A stretch of 61,983 nt of DNA, filler included, from Nemertoderma westbladi (Eukaryota > Animalia > Xenacoelomorpha): the NCBI GenBank assembly GCA_032718475.1. It is 4 parts of 4 records of this genome, joined end to end, with 100 filler letters (N's around TTAATTAATTAA, not from the genome) between each part and the next. Parts side by side here need not be neighbours in the genome. Positions count along the whole stretch, not along the records: positions 20,895 to 35,104 come from JAUCBJ010008114.1; positions 35,205 to 57,644 come from JAUCBJ010003738.1; 2 more parts are not named here. One strand, written 5' to 3'. Positions 23,791 through 37,402 of this stretch are shown here, piece by piece. Position 1 is the stretch's first letter. Each line of letters begins with the position of its first letter. The notes below the pieces were generated by a model. That model worked only from the letters and a program-made list of their open reading frames with translations, had not been told where the DNA came from and ran no database searches. The position numbers were made by a program, and so were the translations under genes.

Positions 23791-25591
23791 GGGGTAGACG
23801 ACTCGGAAATTTTTTTCGAGTTTTCGTTGGTTTCATGTGAAAGAGCATGTGAAAAAACCCCAGAGAGCAATTTTACTTAAAAAAAATTAATATTGGCCGA
23901 GTTATAGCGATTTTAAAACGCAAAATTAGCAACATCGAAAAATCAGGCCGTTTCAGAAAACTGCACTAGTGACGTCACTAGTGCAGCAGTAAATGTTCAT
24001 TGGTTACTATACAATATAAATCTCTAAGTAACTAAAATAAATTGTGTAGCTAATATTTATTTAGTGTGTTTTTGTGTTGTGTTAAGAATACATTATTTGA
24101 TATCTTAATGTGGAAATTGATTCATGACAAGTTAATTATTCCAGAATAATAATTATTTTTCCCAAACTATACAGTTGTTAGCTATAAAAATAAAACATAT
24201 TTTGTAGCTAAAACTGCCAGGTGGTAGAAATCCAGTAGCTTATTGATGTTTTATTCAGCTTCAAAACTTAGATTACTTTGGATTAGATTGTGGATTCGCA
24301 CTTAGTTAGTAGAAAGTGGACATAGTTAGTCCATGTAGCTGTAATGTATGACGTAGTAAAAATATCTTCAGCTGCCATCTCAATACAATCAGCATTAATC
24401 AGAATTTAGTTGAACTATAACTACTGTATAATTTACATTTTTTAATTATCTATTTTTTCACAATTTTGGGAAATATATATTCCTTCCAGAAGCTACGACT
24501 ACTTTTCAGTAAGTTTTGCATGTATATGGAATCATATGATACTTCAACTATTTCCACTTCGCTGTTTATTTCAAAAGATGGATCTGCAATGCTAAACAAG
24601 GCACATTGTTTATTGCAAAGAAGCATTTGAAGTTGGATTTGTGCCATGAATTTAGCGCTTACGATATTCGATTGTGAAAGATAAGATTTTTGAATGGCAT
24701 GTTTTGATGTTGGACATTTTACTTCTACCACATGCGTTCGTGTAATGACATCTGAAATGCATCAAAAAATAAGATTTTGTGGTATTTTATAAAAACACTA
24801 GCTACATTATTAAAACAGTACATACCATTGAAAACAATAGCTACCACAAACATTTGTTTTTATTTTCTTTAACATTTTTTTTCACATGTAACTAGCCAAA
24901 ATATGTCAAGAACATAAACCTATAGCCCAAAACATTATGTTTTGGTATTTTTTGGTATTTTGATATTTTTGTATGTCAAACCAAAAACAGCTATTATGAA
25001 AGGCAGAATAATGGTGACACGTGCAACACTAGTACCAGTAACACTTTACAGTGAACTGTACAAAAATCTAAATAATTTCCATCTAGTGCTAATCTACCCA
25101 TCCCGCATTGTTCGCTGTAAAAACAATAAAAAAATATATTAATGAAACTCCTGGAAGTATTTAGCTAGCTATATTTATTTTTAGCTACACCTCTACGATA
25201 CAGGTATGGGCGAAATAAATATTATTCTAGAATAATTAACTTGATATGAATAATTTGCCTCCATGCCGCTATCCTATAATCGATTCTTAACACAACACAA
25301 ATACACATCCAAATAAATACATAGCTACATTTATTATTTGTTTTATTTTAGATACTGCAATATTATACTTTATATTAGCCAATCAACAGCGCTTGACAAC
25401 TGTTGCTGTGTTATGGCTGACGTCACTCGTGCAGTTTTCTGAAACGGCCTGATTTTTCGATGTTGCTAATTTTGCGTTTTAAAATTGCTATAACTAAAAT
25501 TGATCTAAAATTGCTCTCTGGGGTTTTTTCACATGCTCTTTCACATGAAACCAACGAAAACTCGAAAAAAAATTTCCGAGTCGTCTACCCC
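23791..25591. mobile_element. ISL2EU-type (PIF/Harbinger-related) DNA transposon deletion derivative
   Basis: Long TIRs GGGGTAGACGACTCGGAAAT.../...ATTTCCGAGTCGTCTACCCC (about 200 bp), a 2-bp AT target duplication (23789-90 and 25592-93), and an internal YqaJ exon. Confidence 0.85.
24450..24751 (-). pseudogene. YqaJ/lambda-exonuclease-like terminal exon of ISL2EU
   Basis: Acceptor tttcag| then DVITRTHVVEVKCP...AQIQLQM...FWKEYIFP, with PD-(D/E)xK and QxQxQ motifs. Confidence 0.8.
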
Positions 25592-28500
25592 ATTGTATGC
25601 ATCAGGTCTTGATAGGGTGGGGTTTAGCTGGAGATACGTTACATATTTAGACCGGCCTTGCGCCGCTTTATCCTTGATAGAATTACGAAGATAATTCATT
25701 GACGATTCAATAACGTCCTTGTAGGTCAAGGAGGTTAACTCGTTAATATAGTTACAGAAAGGAGACTTTAGTTGCATAACGTGATGTAGTGGTGAACCAC
25801 AAAAATCGTTATTCGATTTAATATGTTGAATAGCTTTCGCAGCCCGCGCCTTGACAATATCTTTTAGCATTGGTCGGTTGAGTTCGATATATATCATCTC
25901 GTTTGGAGTTGATGCCTTGACCCCAAGTATAGTTTTTAGAACTTTGCGGTATTTGATTTCTAACTGATTTAGGTTTATATTACCCCATGCTTCGCAGTTA
26001 TACACTATGGCGCTGGAAAGACAAGCATCCAGCACCAATTCCTTAATTTTAAGCGGCGCATTACAATTTTCTCGGAGGAATGCAAAGTACTTTGCGAAAT
26101 GTTTTTGTTTGCGGTTGAAGTCGTCGGCAAACATATCTTTGAGATTACCAGAGGAGTGCAGACTGGACCCCAAGTAGACTTCACACGATGAATATACAAC
26201 ACTTCCACATTTCAGCTGTATTGGCTGCTCGTCTTCCCTACTGGCGTTTGTGCACAGAAATGCACATTTTGATGGATTAAGTGTGATGAAATTTTGATTG
26301 CATAACGATTCCAGTATAGCGAGTTTCTGCAGCACCAGATGGCGCTATGTTGCTAGGATGATGGAATCGTCGGCGTGGAGAAGAATATGGATATTGTTTA
26401 AGTAGTCATCATGATCCAAGTTATTAAATAACGTTATTAGGCCAATAGTATAGACTATAAATAAAATTGGACTCGATGGGCCACCTTGTCTTATTCCACA
26501 CATAATTTCGAAGACCTCAGAATATTCTGAGCCAAATTCAACAACCACTTTAGAGTTCATGTACATACCGATCAATGCAAACAAAAGTACTATACCACAT
26601 CCCATTGAAGCAAGCTTTACAAACAGTTGTCGCCGACTAATTCTATCGAAAGCAGCTGTAAAATCCGTAAGAATAATATAAAGACGCTTTTTATGAGTTC
26701 TTGAGTAATCTAGAAGTAGCTTCACGGTTAGCACATGAATCAGGCAACTTTTGCCTTTCTGATAGGCAGAAGGTATTTTTAACCAGTTGGTAAGCCTGTT
26801 GCACATGATGATATCGTACAGTTTTGCAAAGGTTGGCATCAATGTTATCCCACGCACGAATTTAGGGAGTTGCAGTTTACCTTTCTTAGGTAAGCCGAAT
26901 ATAATGCCGAGCCAGCATAAAGGATAACAATGGAGTCCGCCGCTAAATATAAGGTTATATAAGACAAGTAGATATGGAAGTATCAAAGGTAACTGAGTTT
27001 TCACAGTTTGCGCTTGGAGGCCATCCGCAGAGCTGCTGGAGTTTTTCATTGTATTAGAAGCAGTTTGTATCTCTTCAGCCGTTATTTCATGGTCTGTAGT
27101 TTGGTTGCTTTCCCCTTCAATATTATCGAGGATACATTCTGCATCATCAATGTTTCCCAGAGTTTTGAAATGTTTAGCCAGGCTTTCAACTGAGACATCG
27201 TCTCCCACTTGAGATTGGTTACTTTGAACGTATCTTCCTTTAAAGTCAATAGCGTTCCATAATTTGCGGGAATCCGCTGACTTTAAACAATCAACCCAAA
27301 TGTTGAATTCATTGCGCGTAACGGATATTATGTAGCCCTTCTGGTGTACTTCAAGTCGAATCGGTGGATACGACAGTTTTGGATCAAAGTCTACCAGGAG
27401 TGATTCTGCGTTTAGATGACTTTCAAAGTTAACAGTGTTACGCTTTATTTTGTGAAATGAGTTTTTTGCAGCTTGAAGAAACATGTTCTGGAACATTATT
27501 GTTTTCGATGCGGTTGTGATAGAGTTGTCTAATAGGTGACCGGCTATTAGATTGGGTAAGTTCTCCTTGAGTATAACAGCCATTTTATCGTTATCAATTT
27601 GAGAGGAGACCAATTTCATACGTTTGCTATGATTATTTTGCTCTTTAAGAATGTCCCTCATACTGGATGCTGATGCCTTAAGGATTGCATTTTGAGACGA
27701 CATTTCTGAGTTTATAGCCAGAGGGCGATGATCTGACACAGGTGGGTAGTACACGGGGAAAACTAGGTGAGTATCCTTGAAGTCACAGAAGCGGTTAATA
27801 AGACACCAGTCGATCTGACTGCGGGACTCCCCCCTACTGAAAGTGAAGCCGCCATGGTTATTATTTAGGTGGTTTATAGGAGTTAGTTGACAGCTGGAGA
27901 TTAGGTTTTTTAAGTCCCTGCCATTTTGGTTTACAGAAGCATCAGGATTCTTTGAATACATTTTCTTTCCAGAAACATCGTAGCGACTCAGTTCCCCAAT
28001 CCTAGAGTTCAAATCGCCAACAATTATAGTCGGTTTTCTGTGATTATCAGTTTCAGTAATCAGGGTATCCAATGAAGAAAAGTAATGCTCATTAAAATAC
28101 GGCGATGTGTTGGGAGGTATGTAAGCAAAAACTACACAGAAACCATTAATCAATCGTACTTCAATGCAATCAGTATGAAATTGTGATACTGAGATAATAA
28201 TATCCCTAATCGAGCTTCGAATAGCTAGAAAGCACCCACCTCGTGGGAAGTCTGCATTGCATTTTGTATCGGGAAATTCCCATTTAATGTAGTTCGGCAA
28301 GCTTATAGTGGATTGCGCAATAATTGTGTGAGTTTCACATAAGAAAATTAAATCAAAATTCGAATTGATAAAGGTTTGAACGTCCGTATTTCTGAAAATA
28401 TTGATGCCATTTATATTCCAGGATAGAATTTTCATATTCAAGTGTTCTAGTTTGCTGGCCAACCCCAATCTAAAAAATCTGTGAGTCCGTCTTAACACGA

Positions 28501-28914
28501 TCGACAACTTCATCTCCCACGTATAATTTGTCATATTTCACGGTTGCTGTTTTGTTTTCCTTTATAAGGTTATCTCGCTTTTCATAGAGACGTGTAAGCT
28601 CTTTCTGCTCGGCTGGAGAACGGTCAGCTTTAACACGTACGTTCTTGTATGTTTTACTGTCTTTGAGTTTGTTAGAGTTTGCACGAACGGCGTTTCGGTC
28701 ACTCCAGAAGCGAAAGGTAACACTAATTATACGGGAACGAGCTTGGCTGCCCTGGTCAACCGTTCCCAATCGTCGGCACCGTTCGATTTTTATGTCTCCA
28801 CAACCAATCTCTTTCAGAATCTCTATAATAGTGTCTCGGTCGTTTTTACCAGCTCGTCGTTCATACATTCTAATATATTATTTATTATATATGAATGGCA
28901 GAATGTTTTACGCT

Positions 28915-29110
28915 CATTAAGCCAAGGAATTTCTGTTCACCACCATGGGTCATCTTCCACAGTAAACCCTTCTACTCTGTTTCCTAAAAGAATGCCTGTT
29001 CACCACCATGGGTGATCTTCCACAGTAAACCATTCCACTCTGTTTCCCAAGTTGCCTTGGTTCCCATTTATCGACCTCTGAAGGATGAAAGCCAGGGTTG
29101 GGCTAGGTTT
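28915..29110. mobile_element. SINE-like fragment with an approx. 64-bp tandem duplication
   Basis: CCCATTTATCGACCTCTGAAGGATGAAAG is a SINE-core-like motif; CTGTTCACCACCATGGGT.ATCTTCCACAGTAAAC occurs twice. Confidence 0.45.
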
Positions 29111-29189
29111 GCAGCATTTAAGGCACTTTATCTTAAATAAAAACAAAATAAATATATTAAAATATCTTTTAATATTTACATCTAATCAA

Positions 29190-29480
29190 TCACTCTACCA
29201 GGATTCAAGCTGTATAGGCAGGACCGTAAGCGGCGTAAGGGTGGAGAGGAGTTGTACTGTATATCCCCGCCAGCATTAAACGTAGACATCAGACAAATGT
29301 GATAAAACCAATCATGAATGTGCCCCATGAATCGCTCTGTGTTGAGATTGAGAACGAAATTCTTGTAGGTATAGCATACAAGAATAGCAAAAAGGCTCCG
29401 CCGGTATTCCTTGAAAATTTTGCTGAGGAGATCGGGAATGCTATGTTAAATAATAAGGACAAAGTAATTATATTGGGGCG
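29190..29480 (+). mobile_element. LINE APE endonuclease fragment
   Basis: LPGFKLYRQDRKRRKGGGVVLYI...ESLCVEI...VGIAYK...KVIILG. Confidence 0.6.
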
Positions 29481-29629
29481 ATGGGGGATTACTAAAATTT
29501 ATTCACCTGGAATTAGTAATAAATTCACATTCGCCCATACCTTGACTGAGAAGGCTATCAGTTGTATAAAATATTTAGCACACACTAGTGCTACCCTATG
29601 AACAATTTAAAGTTTGTAAGGGAGTGGAG

Positions 29630-32010
29630 TTTAGGCAGTAGGGTCGGTGTTGTCGCGTTTCGGCAACTGATAGTAGCTTTAGAGACGCGTTTCGGCAAAT
29701 CATAGTCGCGTTTCGTCAGCATGGTTGACGCTGTCAACAAGGTTGCATTCCGGCAACTCATAGTTGCATTCCGGCAACTGTTAACAGGATGCGCTAAGAC
29801 AAACTGATAGATACGTTTCGCCAACTCGTAAACAAAGGCCAACTGGATACTGTATAGAGCCTAGAGTATAGATTATTACCTTTGCCTCATTACGTTTCCC
29901 ATTATTCAATTTAATTTTACTTTAGTTTACCCACGCCTACTTCAACATTACTGACTACAGTATAAATGACAACAATAAATGCATTATTATTATTGTTATT
30001 ATGTTTGATCCATAAAATAGTAGCTGTAAACCCCGCCCAGCAAGGTGCGCTTCGCTTTGTATTAGAAAAACTCCCCTTGGAAATTGAAAACGGGATTTGT
30101 GTTTCAGACAGACAGACTCCAGTTCCAAACGTACACATCCACAACTTCAGCTGCGAGTATATTTAAAATTAACTAACTAACTCAAACAGTTAACAACTCT
30201 GCCGTCAAAAACTATAACTAACTTAAACTTGTCATCATTTATAATTTACTTACATAATGAATGTAGTCACAGTTACATTACATACGAGGGTATGTGACCT
30301 AGCTGCCGAAACGCGACTTCAGTTCGCCGAAATGCAACTACGAGTTGCAGAAACACAACTACAGCAGTTGGTGAAACGTAAGCATTAAGACCAATCGTGC
30401 CAGTGGAGTAGATGGTGTTCCCCCTGAGGTCTTTAAAATACCTGAGTGTTTAAAGCTCATCTATCCCATCATAGTAGACATGTACCGAACAACAAGTGTC
30501 CCACAAGAAATGAAAACAAATAAGTTGGTGCCAGTTCCCAAGAAGGGCAACCTAACACTCTATGGTTATTTTCGGTGAATCTCATTGATCTCGATTGCAG
30601 CAAAGCTATACAATAGAATTCTATTAAATCGCATCAGGGATCCCATTGAGAGACTGCTCCGTGGAAATCAGAATGGGTTCCGTAAAGGTCGTGCGACCAT
30701 GGAACCCATTTTGGCACTTAGAAGGATAATTGAAGAGTTATAAAAAAGAAAGACAGGCATCTGGCTGTTATCTTTGTTGACTTCTTCAAGGCCTTTGATT
30801 CAGTCTCTCGCTCACGTATGTTCAGCATACTTTCATTATATGGGATTCCTGATGAAATTATTGCAGCAATCAGATCAGTATACGATGGTTCGACATCATT
30901 TGTGTCTACTGTTGACGGTGACACAGAACCATTTGAAGTGTTATGGGGTGTCCTCCAAGGAGACACACTTGCACCATTCTTGTTCATTATTGTGGTTGAC
31001 TATGTTCTACGCATGTCCTTAGATCATCATAATGATGATGGGGTGATGATAACTCCACCTACTGGCTCCAGAAGTCGAGGAAATCCTGCCAAGTACCTAA
31101 CTGATCTAGACTTTGCTGATGACTTAGGAGTACTCTCAGAATCACTAGAGGGAGCCCAACGGCTCCTCAGCTCATTAGAACATGCTGCTTCTAGTGTTGG
31201 TCTTTTTATTAACTCCAGAAAGACCAAAATTTTGACAGTTAACTTTGAAAGTCCTCAGCAAGTCTCAGATCGGATGAGCATAAGCTCAAAGGATGGTATG
31301 CTTGAGCATGTGGACGACTTCTGTTACCTGGGATCATGGATCCGGAAGTCAGGTGAGGACCTTCGAATACGTAAGGGAAAGGCATGGGCAGCCTTGAATA
31401 GGCTTTGCAGGATTTGGAAGTCACCGAGAATTAATCGGAAACTTAAGGTCCGATTATTTAGAGCAGCAGTAGTTCCAGTACTCCTCTACGGGAGTCCATG
31501 CTGGGCTCTAACTGCTGAGGACACCAAATCTCTGGATGGCACATTCACAAGAATGCTACGCCGGGTACATTGTGTCAAGTACAATGCACACATCTCCAAC
31601 CAGACACTATATAACATTGGAGGTGTCTCATTGGTTCCCCCAAGCTTGACACTAGAACAAAATCGCCTCCGCTTTGCAGGACATTGCTTTCGCCGTGAGG
31701 ACCAGCCAGTGCATAATCTTGTACTTTGGCAGCCTCATGGAGTGAATAAGCATGGTGGACAGCCCATGACTTTCTTGAGACGCATCTTAAAGGAAACTGG
31801 CCTTAAAGATGCGGATGATCTAGCAAATGTCATGGGTGATAGGGAGTTGTGGCGGTGCAATTTTGTTGACAAGCCGGCACAGCATTCTTAAAAATGCAGC
31901 TGCAATGCAGCATGCCGATCCTAGTAGTAGTAGTAGAAACGTAATTGCCCACTTGCCGAAACGCGAATTTGAGTTGCCTAAACGTGACAGTTGCCGAAAC
32001 GCGACGTAAC
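29630..32010. mobile_element. Non-autonomous element built of short TGCCGAAACGCGAC-type repeats in inverted blocks; host of the RTE insertion
   Basis: GTCGCGTTTCGGCAA repeats at 29650-29825 are the inverse of TGCCGAAACGCGAC repeats at 30300-30380 and 31950-32005. Confidence 0.5.
30382..31935 (+). mobile_element. 5'-truncated RTE-clade LINE with target-site duplication; RT ORF 30818-31891
   Basis: QNGFRKGR, FVDFFKAFDS, GVLQGDTLAP, DLDFADD. (TAG)5 tail and TSD GAAACGTAA at 30373-30381 and 31936-31944. One TGA and one frameshift upstream of 30818. Confidence 0.92.
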
Positions 32011-32424
32011 CGTAGGGCCTAAGCAAACAGTATGGGTGTACTAAGTACAATAATCTTGACAACCTCATCGACTTATACTAAGCCTGTGTAGAAAACCATA
32101 ACATAAGCCATTTTTCATCATGAACGCCAGCTGTTATTGGTGTTATTTTACCATTGCGTCTATGGCACTTTTCGTTTATTTAATTTATTGTAAAAACTAA
32201 TGACTGTATTTTACTGAAAATTGCTTTATACGCCCATGCAAACCAAACACTACAGGAGGGTAAAAAACAACACAATTGACCGGATAGTTGCGGAGCCTTT
32301 CTTGTGAAAGACCGCCACGATTTTCTTACAGTAGGTAAATCTGAAGATTTACAAATAAAATTGCTTTCTCCAAAAATCATAATTCCACTCACTCATATAA
32401 TAAATCAATCTATCACCCTTTACT

Positions 32425-32730
32425 TTTAGGCTGATAGAAGCTGTGCATCTGCTAGCGTATTAGAGAACAGGGCGATGTCATCCGCAAAGTCGGTGTCTGT
32501 AACTGTAGCAGAACTTTGTGGCCGTCCTCATTGCGTAATCCAGTACAATTACAAATAATAATGGTGCTAATGTGTCACCTTGCAGTACACCAGTCAGGAT
32601 TGAGAAAAACTCAGTTTCACCATCTGGTGAGAGTACTTGTGCTTCTGTGTCACAATATAACAATCCAATGCCAGCAACAATTACTTCTGGTATTCCATAA
32701 GCTCTTAGGATTTCAAGCATTTTACCCATA
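32425..32730 (-). mobile_element. RTE-clade RT fragment (second subfamily)
   Basis: ILRAYGIPE...GVLQGDTLAPLLFVIVLDYAMR, then a shifted TDTDFADDIAL. Confidence 0.8.
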
Positions 32731-33094
32731 GCTTCCCCTTACTCTTTTCGAATATGTTGTTTGTTGGTATCAATTCACATTCTTCCATTAGGTCTAAAAG
32801 TAAGTACCCATTTCTATTCGAACTGGTGTTATATGTGTAACCCTTGATGTCTTCTGGGCCAATTTGCCCAGCAGTTATTCAGAACAAAACTAAATCAAAA
32901 AGTTGTCGTTTCTTTTACTTCTTGTTCCTATCCCTGCTCAAAAGTAGCAACCAAGAAATCACGAATTGTATAGTGTGTATATTATAATGTATTAATTGTA
33001 CGTATTATTACAAAATTATTGAATTAATGTCCTCAATGTTCCTTCTTTGAATTAATATCAATTATTTATAAATCGTTTGTGGGGGGACGCATAT

Positions 33095-33230
33095 GGGGGG
33101 GAGGGGGGGGGGGCGAGCCGGCCCCGGCCGACGAGTGTGGGTGGTGGGGGGGGGGGGTGGGAGAGGGTTGGGTGGGAGAGGGTTGGGTGGGAGAGGGTTG
33201 GGTGGGAGAGGGTGGGGTGGGAGAGGGAGG
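33095..33230 (+). repeat. G-rich tract with a 15-bp repeat (GGGAGAGGGTTGGGT) x4-5
   Basis: Direct inspection; many GGG runs. Confidence 0.85.
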
Positions 33231-34396
33231 ATTTCGATGATGTGTTTTTTTGAAGTTGGCTGCGTTATTTTTGTTTCATTTTTGAATGGGATGTCTGGTG
33301 TCGGGTAAGAAATTCCCTTTAAAGTTAGTAATAATTTTCTCCAAAAGTAGCAAAGGTACCTCCTTGTTGCAGGGTACCCATGTTAAGAATAGCCTAGGAA
33401 AGTGTTAAAATGCATAAGAAAAATTCACTACATATGAATATTAAATATGTACTGTAACTAAATAAAGCGGATACGAACTGGTGGTAATGGCAACCTGGAT
33501 ACAGGGAAGGTCATTACAGATCGTAAAGTCAATGGATTTACCTTGGCTTGTGGATTCATTTTTCAAGGGATCTAAAGGGTAGGGTATATTATATCTGAGA
33601 TGCATTCATCTTCCAATAGGCTTACATTTATATTGTTTTCAGGTAACAACTTCATACACATTTCCGCCTATGACCTACCAATTCGCTATCTAGAAGTTGG
33701 TATATTTTGTGATCAGAGCTGTGTAAGTTGATTTATATATAACTTTGTTTAGCATGTTTATGTTTAAATTCCATTTCAGTCACTTCTAAAAATATAACAA
33801 TGGATATAAAATATTATCATTTTCGATTTTGCTTGCACATATAAATCCCTTCATTTTGGTCATATATCAACAAATAATAATTTCAACCCCACTATTAATA
33901 TTATTTATTATAAGTAAAGCCGGCCGAACCGGCACTTTACAATCAAGGTACCAGAAATAAAACAGACAATTTCGAACCATTAAAATGATTAAAAGCCGGC
34001 GGGGATACCGGTGAAAAACATCGCCCCTTACAATGTGAAATCATAAGATCACAAGAGATCATAAGCAAAATTCACTGTCGAATGTCTATTATAATAGAAG
34101 ATCAACTTTGGATGATATAATTTATCGCATCAGTCAATACTTTAATCACTAGTACATCCTATAGGATAGGGTTGCTAACACTGTAAATGTTTAATTTATA
34201 TTTAATATTTGGCGATGTTCCTTGTGTCATTATAATTGAGGTTTGTAATATTGCCGACTTTGATGTTTCTTTCAACGCGATATCGAATCACATCTTCTCA
34301 CTATTCACTACATCACTATATTTTTTGGATCTATATAATGTCTCGATTGGAATACATCTTGCTTTTGTCGTTTGTTAGATGATGATAGTTCATATA

Positions 34397-34515
34397 AAGC
34401 AAGCAAAAAGCAAACAGTCGGCCGAAGCCGGAGGCGACCCGAAGGCTCCTCTTTCGATAGCTGCTACCCGAGGGTAGGGGTGGGCGCTACTCCTATCCCA
34501 AGATTTGCTCCCAGT
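34397..34515 (-). mobile_element. SINE/RTE-related 3' tail fragment
   Basis: GGCGACCCGAAGGCTCCTCTTTCGATAGCTGCTAC...GGGCGCTACTCC resembles RTE-type SINE tails; short (TTGC)-type tail. Confidence 0.45.
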
Positions 34516-34794
34516 TATTTAACTGGTACTGCAACTTATATTTAACTGGTATTTAACTGGTACTGCAACTTATATTTAACTGGTATTTAACTGGTTCCAT
34601 TATAGTTCATATACGGATTATTAATTAATTTGAGATCGCATTCGCCAGATCTCCCACGGGTACCCTTACTGCATATTATTTTTAAGAAATATGTTACGAT
34701 CTTTTCCAGATATCCTCCCATAATACGCAAACATAAACATAATTAATAATTAATAACAATTAATAATTATTAATAATTAATAACCATAATAAGT

Positions 34795-35045
34795 TTGCTA
34801 AGTATTCGAACCTTGCCCTAGACTACTTACTCCAGCCTGTTTGTTGCTGTGGAGAGGTTGGGTGGACTAGGCCCTTCATCCTTCTCATTACTTGGAGAAG
34901 GTCTAGCGGCAACAAAAGGTCTACGCAATTCCTGCGTCAACGTCTCGGAAATGCAATCCAAGCTGGCAATGCCTCCTGCATAAAAGAGTCATTCAACCTC
35001 CCCGAGAACCGCTGCTACCGGGAGACCAACATGGCAACTTAATCC
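34795..35045 (+). mobile_element. CRE-clade LINE C-terminal (RLE) remnant
   Basis: Frameshifted AVERLGGLGPSS...QFLRQRLGNAIQAGNASCI, a CRE-type C-terminal motif. Confidence 0.6.
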
Positions 35046-35104
35046 TACCCCCCCCCCCCCTCCCCCTCCATTATTATAATTTTCTTCGCCCTATTCATTA
35101 AATT

Positions 35105-35204
35105 NNNNNNNNNNNNNNNNNNNNNNNNNNNNNNNNNNNNNNNNNNNNTTAATTAATTAANNNNNNNNNNNNNNNNNNNNNNNNNNNNNNNNNNNNNNNN
35201 NNNN
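35105..35204. other. Artificial contig linker
   Basis: 44 N + TTAATTAATTAA + 44 N. Confidence 0.99.
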
Positions 35205-36541
35205 CTGTGTCTTTGTGGGGCTGGAGACCCTAATCCATCTTCAGTTCTCACTATACCGCTAGAGTCAGAAATGTCTGAATAGAAATGAAAGAGGTAAAAA
35301 GTGATTAGGCGAAATCTGCTTAAAATTTGCTAATACAGTAATACTTTCGAATTAGTACTTAAATTAAATTTAAGTCACGTGCTGCGCGAAGGCCCCACTT
35401 CGTGTCTGTATATATGTATAACCATCCAATATCTCAAAGCAGGTACGCAAAAATTTTAATAACAAACTCTACATAGATTTTTGTTGCGCACAAGACTGTT
35501 TATTTTTTGTAAACATTTTTTATGTTTATTTTTTATTTTTTCGTTTCACGGGGTCACTGAAAAATAGCGGTTTTGAAAATTTAATGTCGAATTTCACCGA
35601 TTTCAATTCGACGAGTATGCACCAACTTTTTTATTTGGGCTATTTAGTCATTTGAGCAACATATTTGAGCCTCAGAATCTTTTCAAATATCGCCAATCTC
35701 GCACAGAACGTCGCCAAAATTTGTTAGTCCGGCAAAAAAACGCACTAATTCGTCTAAAAGAGTAAATTATTGGTTGCAGAATAATATGATTCAACTATAG
35801 AAAAACCAGTAAGCTGGCTGGTTATAAGGAGACCGTCCATAGACAAACGTAGTGTTAGTTGGGTCCCTCCTCATTCATTATCATCAACCTATAAAACATT
35901 TGAACGGCCAAGTGCTTACAATGATATTCCCATAGGATTCACTGGGAAGAGCTATTCAGCTGGGGGGTAATACGTTATACAAAATAAAAGTTGATGTTTG
36001 ATTACTGTGAGTGAGATAGTAATCAATTTGGCAAGTAATATACTTATCTGCAGTTTGGGCTATCCATTCAATAAAAATAGTAGTAGCTTACTAGGCCCTC
36101 ATGAGTACCAGCAGGCTGGTGTTTCTATCGTTGAATTGATGGCAATTTTCGTGTTTTCATTTTTACTCACTCGGGGTACTGGTTTGAGAGGCAGGTTCGT
36201 TTAAAGCCAGCTTGCTGGCTTTCTAGTTTAAAGTGAATATTTAAGAAAACATATTTTATTACAAAATGAAAGTTTTTTTTATTCTCCATATCCGCATTTC
36301 CTCGACCTTCGGCCTCTCATAAATATGTTTTTTTTTTTGCTATATTTAATAATTGCTGAAAAAAATTTGAAAATTGTATTAAAGTGAGATGGTGTACTGT
36401 AAACTACAGTGGAAACCAGTTGTAATACTTAAAATTGTTTAATTGAAAAGTGAAATAGAACAGCAGAATTCATTGCATATTGACACTTTTTCATATTTTT
36501 GTTCTATTTTTTAAGCAACCAATATTTATCCTTCCGTTTAG

Positions 36542-37095
36542 ATACGCCAGAACTCAGTTTCTGGACCCCAACAGTAACGAAGCACTCCTCCAATCAGAGA
36601 ACACCGCCGCATCCGGTTTCTATGACGACGACCAATCAGAGAGCGACGAACCGACAACGACTACCCCCGCCACCCGCCCCTACGTAATGGACCCTGACCA
36701 CCGACTGTTACTGCGGGTAACCAAACCGCTCCTCCAATCCCGTAACTCCGCGGTGGTTATGTCGGTCGCCCAGATGTACGCCCACCTGGCGCCCCGTGCC
36801 GAGATGGGCGTCGTATCCAAACCGCTGGTGCGACTGCTACGCTCCCACCCCGAGGTACAAGCCGTCGTACTTACCAACCTCGCTACCATCTGCTCTCGCA
36901 GACGCGATATCTTCGACCCCTACCTAAAGAGTTTCTTCATTCGCTCCTCCGATTTAACGCATATAAAACTCCTGAAACTAGAAATCCTTGTCAGCTTGGC
37001 AACCGAGTCCAATATTTCTGTTATCCTGCGGGAGTTCCAGGCTTACGTACACAGCACTGATAAAAACTTAGCTGGAGCCACTATACAGGCAATAG
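36542..37095 (+). CDS. AP3B: AP-3 complex subunit beta, internal exon (upstream exons lie outside this contig)
   Basis: tttag|A TAC GCC (R-YARTQF...[23 protein letters not shown]...ILREFQAY...ATIQAIG); donor G|GTGAG. Confidence 0.93.
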
Positions 37096-37402
37096 GTGAG
37101 TCGGTATACCGTAGTTTGCATCTCATACAGTTAACTTTTTTCTTTATTTTCATTTTTACTAATTTTTTTTCATTTTTTTTCTCATTTTTTTTATTTTTTT
37201 TCTCATTTTTTTTATTTTTTTCTCAATTTTTTTATAACTACAACTACATTTATATTACGCTGAATAAAATTTCACATATTTACAAGTGAGCAGGGCGTGT
37301 TAGTAATATATACGCCGTGTGATAAATTATATTCCAATTTATGTTCCAAAATGAATATTACGTATGTAAAAATTAACACAATTATTAATTATTGAATACT
37401 AG

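Larger units (their letters stand above)
23121..28868 (-). mobile_element. RTE-X-type LINE (ORF1 3' part + ORF2), interrupted by an ISL2EU insertion
   Basis: ORF1 remnant at 28470-28868. ORF2 starts MKILSWNING at 28435 (APE: GDLNSR, SDHRP; RT: AFDRISR, GIRQGG, LLHADD) and has an in-frame TAG at 26345-26347. The C-terminal RLSAHDLAVEKGRY...CSCG..EDEQHFLCMC lies at 23486-23790. (CATA)n tail at about 23121-23140. Confidence 0.9.

Noticed and set aside
23791-23848. N-terminus of ORF 23486-23848 and C-terminus of ORF 25541-26335
   Set aside because: These parts are read-through into the transposon TIRs; the real LINE frame joins across the insertion.
24450-24751. YqaJ nuclease as a phage or viral gene
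   Set aside because: It has a spliceosomal acceptor and sits between TIRs with an AT TSD, as expected for ISL2EU.
4769-30580. Single in-frame stops in LINE ORFs as readthrough or a variant genetic code
   Set aside because: All three stop types occur (TGA 4769, TAA 7319, TAG 26345, TGA near 30576), each one substitution away from a plausible sense codon. Host genes end in ordinary stops.
37096-37289. Phe-rich 'transmembrane' tail of ORF 36480-37289
   Set aside because: It is T-rich intron sequence after the GTGAG donor at 37096.
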